NCBI GenBank assembly: GCA_037130495.1
Contig: JBAXSX010000003.1
Span: 13,793 to 77,792 of the forward strand
Direction of reading: 5' to 3'
Source: Candidatus Roizmanbacteria bacterium
GTDB lineage: Bacteria > Patescibacteriota > Microgenomatia > UBA1406 > GWC2-37-13
DNA: 64,000 nt
Position 1 is the first letter of the stretch. Each line of letters starts with the position of its first letter. Below, in pieces: positions 56,663 through 64,000 of this stretch. A program made the position numbers and the translations under genes. A model generated the notes under the pieces. That model worked only from the letters and a program-made list of their open reading frames with translations. It made no database searches and had not been told where the DNA came from.

Positions 56663-57160
56663 ATGAGGAAAAACACGATAATCATTATCCTTGTGCTTGT
56701 TATTGTTTTAGGTGTTGTGTATTTAGTCAGGAAACCCCAGCTACTCGCAAGTGACAATAATTCAATAGCTTCCTATTCTGCCGAATATAGTCAACCGCTA
56801 AGTGAAGATATAATTAACTGTGAATTCAAAATTGTATCTGATTTTTCATTCACTAGCAAAGGAGAGGCAACAGGTAACCAAAATAGCAAGATCTATTATG
56901 GAACGAAAGAAAACAAGCCAATGCTCATTACATTCGCATCACTCACGTCAGATAAGCCCAAGATTAAAGGAAACAATGGCGATGGTCCCGTGTCCATACT
57001 AAATAATGATGACGAAACTATTACGATCGCAGAAAAAAATGATCTGGGCGATACATTTATTTATACTATCTTCAAAAAAGAAAAAGTAGCGACATGGTAT
57101 AAGGGCTACAAATTACTTACTACACCTTTTGGAATGCTCTCAATGGGGTATTGTTATTAA
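56663..57160 (+). CDS. Membrane-anchored/secreted hypothetical protein (island)
   Basis: N-terminal TM helix IIIILVLVIVLGVVYLV. One Cys near the N-terminus of the mature part and one at the C-terminus (GYCY). Confidence 0.5.
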   Translation: MRKNTIIIILVLVIVLGVVYLVRKPQLLASDNNSIASYSAEYSQPLSEDIINCEFKIVSDFSFTSKGEATGNQNSKIYYGTKENKPMLITFASLTSDKPKIKGNNGDGPVSILNNDDETITIAEKNDLGDTFIYTIFKKEKVATWYKGYKLLTTPFGMLSMGYCY

Positions 57161-57171
57161 CAAAATCAAAA

Positions 57172-57426
57172 ATGAAAATATCCACAACATCAATAATAGT
57201 TATAGCTATCGTTATTTTAGGAATTGCTTTTTATTGGTATGAATTAAGACCAGCACAAATAAGAACATGGTGTATTAATAAAGTTAGTGTAGATAAGCTT
57301 TACCGTACAACTGAAGCAGAGTCGAAAGAACTACAGGGTAATATGGTGAAAATCAATACTTTAGAAAGGGATAAATCTGACTTTTGGTACAAAGACTGTC
57401 TTCGAAACAAGGGAATAAAAGACTAA
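57172..57426 (+). CDS. Small membrane-anchored hypothetical protein (island)
   Basis: ATG 57172; TM helix SIIVIAIVILGIAFYWY. Confidence 0.4.
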   Translation: MKISTTSIIVIAIVILGIAFYWYELRPAQIRTWCINKVSVDKLYRTTEAESKELQGNMVKINTLERDKSDFWYKDCLRNKGIKD

Positions 57427-57570
57427 ATGTAATGCCCTATACACTGCACATCAAATAGATCAATGTGTCTACTATTAAAGATACCCAATTAAGTTTATAG
57501 ATTGGTTCATTCACGACTTAAGTGTGCATGAAGAAGATTGTAAAATAACCCTTGTCTAATTCCTTAATAC

Positions 57571-58068
57571 TTATTTACAACTCATGTAACTTGAGTCAGA
57601 GGTTGGGGCACCGTAGCCAGGAAACTCCGATCTTATTTTCGACCAAACTGCTAGACCATTGTCCTTATTTATGACGATACTATTCATTGAGTTGTCATTC
57701 CATAGAGCTGCCACCAGCTCCTTACTATCATTTTTTATGATTTGGAAATCCACCCCACCAGATTCCCCAGTATCAAATGATGCTCCTGATAAGAAAGTTA
57801 TCGTTTTATCATCTTTAATTTTGATAGATGCCTTATTAGTGCCTTTTCTAACTTCGTACTCAATCCCGTTTGTTAGGGACTCCTCCTTGCTTCCTGTGGC
57901 TGAAGAATCTATCAACGACTGACATGCAAAACTGGTGTTATTTGCGACTGATTCTGAATATGGAAAAGCAACCTTTACTTTTGTCTCCGCAGAAAATAGC
58001 TTGTAGAGTGTAATGCTCCCGATAATTAATAAGATAATTAGCACAGACCACATTGCTTTATTTTTCAT
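57571..58068 (-). CDS. Membrane-anchored/secreted hypothetical protein (island), distant paralog of 56663..57160
   Basis: Same length (165 aa), same N-terminal anchor and the same Cys placement (FACQS ... YMSCK). Confidence 0.5.
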   Translation of the reverse strand: MKNKAMWSVLIILLIIGSITLYKLFSAETKVKVAFPYSESVANNTSFACQSLIDSSATGSKEESLTNGIEYEVRKGTNKASIKIKDDKTITFLSGASFDTGESGGVDFQIIKNDSKELVAALWNDNSMNSIVINKDNGLAVWSKIRSEFPGYGAPTSDSSYMSCK

Positions 58069-58130
58069 AATTAGTCAACAATAGATAATTATTTGTATAT
58101 CACTTTTATTGTATCCCCAAAGGCATGCGC

Positions 58131-58634
58131 TTATTCGATGACTTTAGGATTTTTATGGATATATTCCCATGCCCACGGTTGCAAATTATAAGGCCAACTA
58201 TTTAAATCCGTGCCGATGCTAGATCCAGAATAAATAATTTTAGACAATTCCAAGCTTCCCACCACTCCACTTTCTTTATCAAGGTAAAGAGTTTTTGTCT
58301 CCTTTGAGATAAACTCTCTAATTATCGACTTCTCCTCTGGTGATAAATGGTCTAACTCCCTATAAAGATTTATATATTTTTCACGAATTTTAAATTTTCT
58401 ATATACCCACATATATAGTTTTATGAGTATGTCCGTAAGAAGTGATATCCCAGAGTATATGCACACTATTCCAACTATCCACCTGTAGTTTGTGACTGGA
58501 GAATCTAGAGCCACCAGGCCAAGAATATGTTGAGGTAAAAACAGTAGAAGCACAGAGACAGCAAATAACGAAATGAGATGCCTCGGTTTGAGTTTAATCC
58601 ACTCTAAGAAATTCTTGGTAAATTCAGAAAACAT
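58131..58634 (-). CDS. Superinfection exclusion protein B (SieB, PF14163)-like membrane protein
   Basis: Two N-terminal TM helices, then LSPEEKSIIREFISKETKTLYLDKESGVVGSLELSKIIY ... YNLQPWAWEYIHKNP. This matches my recollection of the SieB family pattern. Confidence 0.45.
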   Translation of the reverse strand: MFSEFTKNFLEWIKLKPRHLISLFAVSVLLLFLPQHILGLVALDSPVTNYRWIVGIVCIYSGISLLTDILIKLYMWVYRKFKIREKYINLYRELDHLSPEEKSIIREFISKETKTLYLDKESGVVGSLELSKIIYSGSSIGTDLNSWPYNLQPWAWEYIHKNPKVIE

Positions 58635-58746
58635 CTGTGGATATTATATAACTTTTATAACAAAGAGCTATCAATACAAAGCTAAACTCTTACCTTACAT
58701 CTCTACCCCTTTAAGACGATATTAAACGTTATGGTGTGTTATGCGA

Positions 58747-58752
58747 TATAAT
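58747..58752 (+). promoter_or_regulatory. Candidate -10 box (TATAAT) preceding the structured leader
   Basis: Perfect TATAAT about 15 nt before the first hairpin. Weak -35. Confidence 0.25.
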
Positions 58753-58764
58753 TCACATTAACAA

Positions 58765-58930
58765 ATCGGTTTACCTAACCCCAGTTATCGCAAGATATTG
58801 GGCAAGGTAATAAATTCCGCAAAGGAAGACGAGAGCTTCTCGTTCAGTAACCTTTGTGGGCCATATGAGGAAACTCATATGGGCGAAAGCCAAACTGGTG
58901 GGAAGCTTTTTTTGTATTCCACCAGCCTAG
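58765..58930 (+). ncRNA. Candidate structured RNA / 5' leader rich in GNRA-capped hairpins (class unknown)
   Basis: Hairpins: 58771..58810 (loop GCAA), 58815..58827 (GCAAA), 58828..58844, 58861..58882 (9 bp, GAAA), a mini-hairpin ggc-GAAA-gcc ending at 58891, and 58895..58925. GNRA loops appear only when read on the plus strand. Confidence 0.4.
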
Positions 58931-58986
58931 AAGCAAGGATTAACTATTGTTAAATTGCAATACAGGGGAGGTGAATACAAAGCAAT

Positions 58987-59562
58987 ATGTCTACAAAAAA
59001 ATGTAATAAGTGTCAAAAAGAAATTGATCAAAAAGCTACAAAATGTCCGTATTGCCAATCAGATCTAAGAAACTGGTTTAGGAGACACCCAATTATTACG
59101 ATTATTTTAGTTTTACTTACCATATTAATGTTCGGAGCCGCTGGTGAGAGTAAGAAGCCAACATCTAGCACTAGTTCAACTAATACCGACGATAATAAGC
59201 AGGCTAATATCCAAACAAATATAAAAGAAGAACAGTCTGCAACTGTACCAGCTGTGCCAGCTGAATATAAGTCCGCTTTAAATAAAGCAACTTCGTATGT
59301 CAACACAATGCATATGTCAAAAAAAGGCGTTTACGACCAGCTAGTATCAGAATATGCAGAAAAGTTTTCGCCAGAAGCCGCACAGTATGCGATAGATAAC
59401 GTTAAAGCTAACTGGAATGCAAATGCCCTAGCCAAAGCGAAGAATTATCAAGGCCAAATGAATATGTCGCCAGCAGCAATACGTGATCAGCTAGTATCAA
59501 GTTATGGTGAAAAGTTCACCGAAGCGGAGGCAGATTATGCGATTCAGAATCTTAATAAATAA
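58987..59562 (+). CDS. Ltp-like (host cell surface-exposed lipoprotein family) superinfection-exclusion-type protein with N-terminal zinc ribbon and TM helix
   Basis: CNKCQKE...CPYCQSD, a TM helix, then two Ltp-type repeats (YKSALNKATSYVNTMHMSKKGVYDQLVSEYAEKFSPEAAQYAIDNV and ALAKAKNYQGQMNMSPAAIRDQLVSSYGEKFTEAEADYAIQNL). Confidence 0.65.
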   Translation: MSTKKCNKCQKEIDQKATKCPYCQSDLRNWFRRHPIITIILVLLTILMFGAAGESKKPTSSTSSTNTDDNKQANIQTNIKEEQSATVPAVPAEYKSALNKATSYVNTMHMSKKGVYDQLVSEYAEKFSPEAAQYAIDNVKANWNANALAKAKNYQGQMNMSPAAIRDQLVSSYGEKFTEAEADYAIQNLNK

Positions 59563-59679
59563 ATGCGGTCTCACAGAATGTAAGAAAATTGTTTACATTT
59601 TTTCTGGGTGAAAATAACCTCATCAAGAATAAATCGATTGATCCGCTAAAAGCGGCCATTTTCTCGTATTCTTTTCTTT

Positions 59680-59740
59680 AGATCTCCTGTAGATCTCCTG
59701 TAGATCTCCTGTAGATCTCCTGTAGATCTCCTGTAGATCC
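59680..59740 (+). repeat. Perfect 11-bp tandem repeat, 5.5 copies (iteron-like)
   Basis: (agatctcctgt)x5 plus agatcc. Each unit contains a BglII-type palindrome, agatct. Confidence 0.95.
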
Positions 59741-59867
59741 AGTATATAGACTACCGTCTATTAGCTTTAGAATGTACGTGTAGTACATGAAAAAATTATA
59801 GTCCCACTTCGTTAAAACTACGCGGGACACATTTAGCAGATGAGTATACAACCTAGATAGTACTTAA

Positions 59868-59915
59868 CGGGTGGCCTGCCACGCGAAGCTCTCTACCGGC
59901 GGTAGAGAGCGAAGT
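59868..59915. repeat. Palindromic module (10-bp stem)
   Basis: gctctctacc-ggc-ggtagagagc (59888..59910), flanked by gcgaag on both sides. Confidence 0.75.
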
Positions 59916-60109
59916 GTGGACACTGTGACGAATAGTTGGAACGAGTTGGTAGATTACATATGGAAATGGTATCCAGCTACATCTAGCTTTAACTTTAGCC
60001 TGTCCAATCAATCATTATGAATATAGCCCATCCTCATTTATATCACATGAGTGATATAGAACTTAAGTTAATATTCAAAATCACTAATGAATTAGCGACT
60101 TTTTAATAT

Positions 60110-60688
60110 ATGTCGGAAACGCAAACTGAAGATAACAGAAATAGTGAAGTATTAGGAGGTCCTAAAACTGAAGAAGGAAAGCGTGTCTCCAAATACAATG
60201 CCACAACGCATGGGATTTTGAAGTTTTCCTTAACGACTTATGAATCAGATATTTTAAAAGTTTACCTTGACCAATTTATGGCTGAATTTGCTCCTGTAGG
60301 AGCTCTGGAGACATTATTGACCGAAAGAGCAACGATGTACTATGTCAAGCTCTTTAGAGTAGCCAAATCAGAAAATGAATATATGCGCGCTATCCTTGAA
60401 CCGAGAGTTGTCAAATACTCGAATCCACTTCTGGCAGTCTCGCTCGAAGGAGACGAAACAGTGATAAATGAGGGATATTTTGCCAAAATTACGCAAGAGC
60501 ATGTAAAAGAATTGGCGAATACTTTCCAACGATACGAGGTTACACTCGAAAATAGATTTTACAAAACACTTCATGAGCTCGAGCGTCTTCAACGTGCCAG
60601 GAAAGGCGAGATCGTTTCCCCACCTATGAGCGTAGAAATTACAAATTTAGGAAGTTCGTTTGGTAGAAATAATAATTTAACAGATTGA
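60110..60688 (+). CDS. Hypothetical protein (widespread GPKTxEGK...NAxxHG family, function unknown)
   Basis: N-terminal GGPKTEEGKRVSKYNATTHGIL and a later APVGALETLLTERATMYYVKLFR. I recognise the pattern from many hypothetical proteins. Confidence 0.55.
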   Translation: MSETQTEDNRNSEVLGGPKTEEGKRVSKYNATTHGILKFSLTTYESDILKVYLDQFMAEFAPVGALETLLTERATMYYVKLFRVAKSENEYMRAILEPRVVKYSNPLLAVSLEGDETVINEGYFAKITQEHVKELANTFQRYEVTLENRFYKTLHELERLQRARKGEIVSPPMSVEITNLGSSFGRNNNLTD

Positions 60689-60689
60689 T

Positions 60690-61070
60690 ATGGAAAAACA
60701 AATAATCGATGAATTTTTAATTAAACTTTTAAAGAGAGCATATGAGCGTAAAATATCATGCTATCTCGCACACATTGACATCGAGGTTATTAAGCCAATT
60801 TGTCAGATTACTTATGTATCCGAAGCATTTAGGAGATACTTTGAAGAAAAGATAAAAGATGTGCTTAGTCCACCAACCGTATTGGTTTACCAGAAGGGGT
60901 CCATTTTTATTGCTTCAGATGACCTTAATACGCTTTTTCTTTACCGAGAGAAAAAATACAAACGTATTCCATGTGTGGTTTTAGGAATGCCCTTAGGAAG
61001 ACATGTTCTTGCTAAAAGTAAACCTTTTTATTTGCCCCATCCTATACCCGAATTCATTTCTACAAAATAA
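60690..61070 (+). CDS. Hypothetical protein, weak ParB/Srx-like N-terminal-domain pattern
   Basis: Starts 1 nt after the previous stop. IDIEVIKPI...PPTVLVYQKGSIFIASDDLNTLFLYREKKYKRIPCVVLG loosely follows the ParB-N pattern but lacks the DGHHR motif. Confidence 0.45.
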   Translation: MEKQIIDEFLIKLLKRAYERKISCYLAHIDIEVIKPICQITYVSEAFRRYFEEKIKDVLSPPTVLVYQKGSIFIASDDLNTLFLYREKKYKRIPCVVLGMPLGRHVLAKSKPFYLPHPIPEFISTK

Positions 61071-61156
61071 TCATGTCAATATTTTACTTAATAGATGGGT
61101 TTTGCAATCCGCATGATTTGCTGACTAGCAAAAACTACTTTTTTGGTCTATTTCAC

Positions 61157-61867
61157 TCAACATGCCATAACTTTCGCTATAGACTGAGCACTTATTCTCT
61201 TTGTCTCGTTTATTTCCTCATTTAGTTTCGTCATTTCCGAAGTAATCTTATCTTTGGTAGGTTTATGTGGTTTCCAACATAATCTACAAACACCCAAAAG
61301 CCCCGGTTTATCCTTTTGTATTTTGATTCGTATCAAGCAAAGGAGTGATTTGGTCTCATTATCTTTTTCTAGAACCACCTTAATTAGTGATTCCATATTG
61401 CCGATCAAGTTCTGAGCGTTAGCTTTGATAGTTACTTCGTTCCCCTTGTCGCTCATTACCACCTCTCGAAGAATATCGGTTGCTTTATTTGCTGTCTCAA
61501 AGTCATTATTGAGTGCATTAATTGAATCCCTATAGTCGAAATACTTATTTATTAAATCTAGATCGAGAAATGACAGCTCAATATCTTCCACCAATCGATA
61601 ATTCCGTAATATGTTGTAGGTCATTGCCCCAGCACTCAAAGTGGTCATTGAACCATGCATCAAAAATATGTTTTTCGAGGATACGTTTAAGTGCTCGTTT
61701 AGAACCCCTTCAAGCTTAACCATGGCATTGTAATCTTTGTTCTGTCTTTCAACCCATTTTGTCCAGTAGTATGTAACCAATCCAAACATGAATGCAAAAA
61801 ATGCACCAAAGAAAGCCCCTGAGGTCTCACCTATTATTTTCAAAGTTGCAGAATCTGTTGCGTTCAT
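61157..61867 (-). CDS. Hypothetical single-TM protein (island)
   Basis: N-terminal TM helix GAFFGAFFAFMFGLVTYYW followed by a ~200-aa helical region. Confidence 0.5.
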   Translation of the reverse strand: MNATDSATLKIIGETSGAFFGAFFAFMFGLVTYYWTKWVERQNKDYNAMVKLEGVLNEHLNVSSKNIFLMHGSMTTLSAGAMTYNILRNYRLVEDIELSFLDLDLINKYFDYRDSINALNNDFETANKATDILREVVMSDKGNEVTIKANAQNLIGNMESLIKVVLEKDNETKSLLCLIRIKIQKDKPGLLGVCRLCWKPHKPTKDKITSEMTKLNEEINETKRISAQSIAKVMAC

Positions 61868-62028
61868 ATTATATTATTCTTCAACTTCCAACCTATTACG
61901 CATTGTATAAAGTGTCTAAACTCCAAACATTCAGAAAATCTTTCCCTGCGTATATGCAAAAGAAGACTATTGTTACGAGGAGCAACATTTCGCCAGATGT
62001 TATGATAAATTCCCCAATAATAGGCCGC

Positions 62029-62286
62029 TCACACCTTTTCAAATGTCTTTCTAAATTCTTCAATGATCTCATCACCTTTAAGAGGTGGATTAGGGTCATA
62101 TTTCTCAACAATTCGATATGCTGTTAAGAGTCCATTGAAAAAATCCTCACTCCCACCTTGAAAGATTTCTCCATTAGGCCCATTCATCGCACGGACTATT
62201 GCACTCTCAATTGTGATGATTACTTCTTGAACAATCTTTTCTTTTTCAGTTAGTTCCCTTTTAATTGCACCTCTGTCATCTAACAT
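62029..62286 (-). CDS. Hypothetical small protein (island)
   Basis: 85-aa ORF with an ATG start. No motif recognised. Confidence 0.4.
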   Translation of the reverse strand: MLDDRGAIKRELTEKEKIVQEVIITIESAIVRAMNGPNGEIFQGGSEDFFNGLLTAYRIVEKYDPNPPLKGDEIIEEFRKTFEKV

Positions 62287-62381
62287 ATATAAATGGAAAA
62301 GTTATAAACATATACGCTTCATTCTTTCATTAACATACCCTTTTAACTCTCGGATTTGGGCTTGTGTGTTTGGCACGACCT

Positions 62382-64000
62382 TCAATCATTCAGTTCTCCA
62401 ATAAACTGGTTCAGCTTCTTCATTTCAACTTCTTTATCTTGGAACCAATTTGTTGACCAAATACGATATATAACAAAGCCCATTTTTTCTAACTCTTTTT
62501 GCCTATACATATCGTGAGCATAAGCCTCTTCAGATTGGTGATATGCCTTCCCATCACATTCGAGCACTATGTCTTTGTTATTAGCTTTGATAACAAAATC
62601 CAATCTAAACCCTCCCACTTTATGTTGCTGGATAATACTATCTTTTGGATAGTATTTTATTAGCATGTCATAAACCTCTTCTTCAAATGGAGACTCTGAA
62701 AGACCGTCTAAATTGGACATAACCCTAGGTTTTTCATAGCTTTGAGTTTTTAGACAACTAAGAATGCTATTTGCCAGTTCAGAGTTATTGTTTGATATGG
62801 CTTCTGCATATGCTAGGTATGCATATAGAATTCCTTTTTTATTATTACCTTCATTCTTAATAATCTCTGAATACGTGAGGTAACTTTCCTTAGGAATTGA
62901 GGTGCATACATATAACTTGTGCTTTGCTCTAGTTATGAGTACGTTAAGAAGCTTGTATCCCTCTATTCTATTAAGACGTGCGAAGTTTTGTGAAAAAGTG
63001 CCATCTGGCTTGATACCATAGGTTGTTGAAATAATGATTATATCTTTTTCATCACCTTGGATATTTTCAAGATTTTTAACAAATAAACCATTTTTTCTCA
63101 ACTCTTGCAATTTATTTGCAAACTCCTCATCATTCTCTGCTACTTCATTCAAAGACTCGGTAATTAGGTTTCTCTGATTTATATTAAATGTTGCGATACC
63201 TATAGATGGATACTTCCCTTTATTATTAGTATGTATCTCGTCTCTTATGATCTTGATTATCTCTGCTACTTCAGAGGGATTGGTTCTGGACTCATACCTA
63301 CCATTTACCGCTCGAAACTCGATCGGTTTGTATACCTCACGTGCAGGAAAAGCCACTAAATTTCCACCATAAAATGCATTGTTTGAAAAATCAATTAATG
63401 CAGGATGATTTGATCTATAGTGAAAATCCAGATATGACTTATTAACATTTGTTAGATCGGTGGCAAATTGTAGAAGCGATTCACTCTCCGCCAGTATTGA
63501 CTGTTCATCTTCTTCGTCAAAAACTGACTCATCCTCGTTCTCCGTGCTATCAAGAGTTTCATTTATAGTCTGGAAATAGCTTGATGGCGGCATTTGATGC
63601 TCGTCACCGGCAATTACTTTATACTGAACTCGTATCAGACTTGTGAAAGTGTCCGACACTCTTAATTGACTTGCTTCGTCAAATATCACTATATTAAATA
63701 TTCCCTTTTCTAGTGGAAAGATTGCGTTTACCGCAACTGGATTAGTTAGAATTACTGGAAATAAAGTTGTGAATAAGTCGAAATCCTTTGCAATGATCCT
63801 TCTAAGCGAATTTTTAGGCCCTGAGTTATTCTTTCTTAGATTGTAAAGGGTGTTAAAGTTGTATGTTACTCGTGATGACTTTACCATTCTTTTTTGGCCC
63901 CATATTGACCCAATCTGTTTGATTTGTTGTTTACTAAGGTCTTCATATAGCGCAGAGAGGCTTTGTAGCCTAGTATCGGATTTATGGAAACCTACACTCG
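62382..64000 (-). CDS. SF1 (Upf1/DNA2-like, AAA_11/AAA_12) helicase fused to a C-terminal DUF559/Vsr-like endonuclease domain; N-terminus lies beyond the window
   Basis: Motif II FDEASQL, GDEHQMPP, NIQGDEKDIIIISTTYG and VLITRAK. The C-terminus GFRLDFVI...VLECDGKAYHQSEEAYAHDMYRQKELEKMGFVIYRIWSTNWF is DUF559-type. The frame stays open upstream of the track's Met through to position 64000. Confidence 0.85.
   Translation of the reverse strand, partial: SVGFHKSDTRLQSLSALYEDLSKQQIKQIGSIWGQKRMVKSSRVTYNFNTLYNLRKNNSGPKNSLRRIIAKDFDLFTTLFPVILTNPVAVNAIFPLEKGIFNIVIFDEASQLRVSDTFTSLIRVQYKVIAGDEHQMPPSSYFQTINETLDSTENEDESVFDEEDEQSILAESESLLQFATDLTNVNKSYLDFHYRSNHPALIDFSNNAFYGGNLVAFPAREVYKPIEFRAVNGRYESRTNPSEVAEIIKIIRDEIHTNNKGKYPSIGIATFNINQRNLITESLNEVAENDEEFANKLQELRKNGLFVKNLENIQGDEKDIIIISTTYGIKPDGTFSQNFARLNRIEGYKLLNVLITRAKHKLYVCTSIPKESYLTYSEIIKNEGNNKKGILYAYLAYAEAISNNNSELANSILSCLKTQSYEKPRVMSNLDGLSESPFEEEVYDMLIKYYPKDSIIQQHKVGGFRLDFVIKANNKDIVLECDGKAYHQSEEAYAHDMYRQKELEKMGFVIYRIWSTNWFQDKEVEMKKLNQFIGELND

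Noticed and set aside
59680-59740. A possible CRISPR array or a type III toxin-antitoxin RNA repeat (5.5 copies, like ToxI).
   Set aside because: The units are only 11 bp and directly abutting, with no spacers. That is far shorter than CRISPR repeats (24-48 bp) or type III antitoxin repeats (~36 nt). No cas or ToxN-like gene is adjacent.
1-64000. An alternative genetic code (UGA=Gly, as in SR1/Gracilibacteria) or widespread frameshifts.
   Set aside because: Conserved genes (pilB, pilC, trpB, comM, smpB and the histidine kinase) are full length and uninterrupted under the standard code. TGA is used as a stop codon, including in the ATGA overlaps.

Overview
This 64-kb window reads like a reduced, host-dependent bacterium of the Patescibacteria/CPR type. 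That placement is an inference from content: standard genetic code, many membrane-anchored hypothetical proteins, few biosynthetic genes, and pilus and T4SS-pilin genes. All calls rest on motifs recognised by eye in the ORF track and on the raw sequence; no searches were run.

Layout:
1. 0.05-3.3 kb: small genes, an ABC importer pair and a cupredoxin.
2. 3.4-17.2 kb: one co-directional minus-strand array. It holds two PAS/GAF sensors, a 1260-aa multi-sensor CHASE histidine kinase, two CheY-like receivers, PilB, PilC, seven pilin-like genes and a PilM-N-terminal-like ORF.
3. 17-33 kb: mixed housekeeping and accessory genes, including an orphan trpB, an MFS transporter, a LepB-like protein with Ala at the nucleophile position, a deaminase, a HAD hydrolase, a cupin and a histidine phosphatase.
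4. 33.3-34.1 kb: tRNA-Asn fused to a perfect tandem duplication of a 300-bp GIY-YIG cassette. Each copy carries a 13-nt copy of the tRNA 5' end.
5. 34.2-37.5 kb: an 1103-aa LamG-type pilin.
6. 40-48.7 kb: a VirB6/TrbL-like giant membrane protein, a secreted protein, ComM and T4SS-pilin-like small proteins.
7. 48.8-55.5 kb: housekeeping genes, including tRNA-CAU, an FtsB-like gene, an FKBP isomerase, a NUDIX hydrolase, an MFS transporter, smpB and a third GIY-YIG gene.
8. 55.7-64 kb: an apparently lower-GC island. It carries SieB-like and Ltp-like superinfection-exclusion genes, a candidate GNRA-rich structured RNA, 5.5 copies of an 11-bp iteron, and an SF1 helicase fused to a DUF559-type nuclease that is cut by the window edge.

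A family of GC-rich palindromic modules fills many intergenic regions and creates several spurious ORFs. I recognised no rRNA, CRISPR array, reverse transcriptase, integrase, transposase or tmRNA.

The best candidates for something undescribed are the tRNA-targeted GIY-YIG cassette and its link to the palindromic modules, the structured RNA and iterons in the exclusion-gene island, and the sensor cascade wired to the pilus motor.
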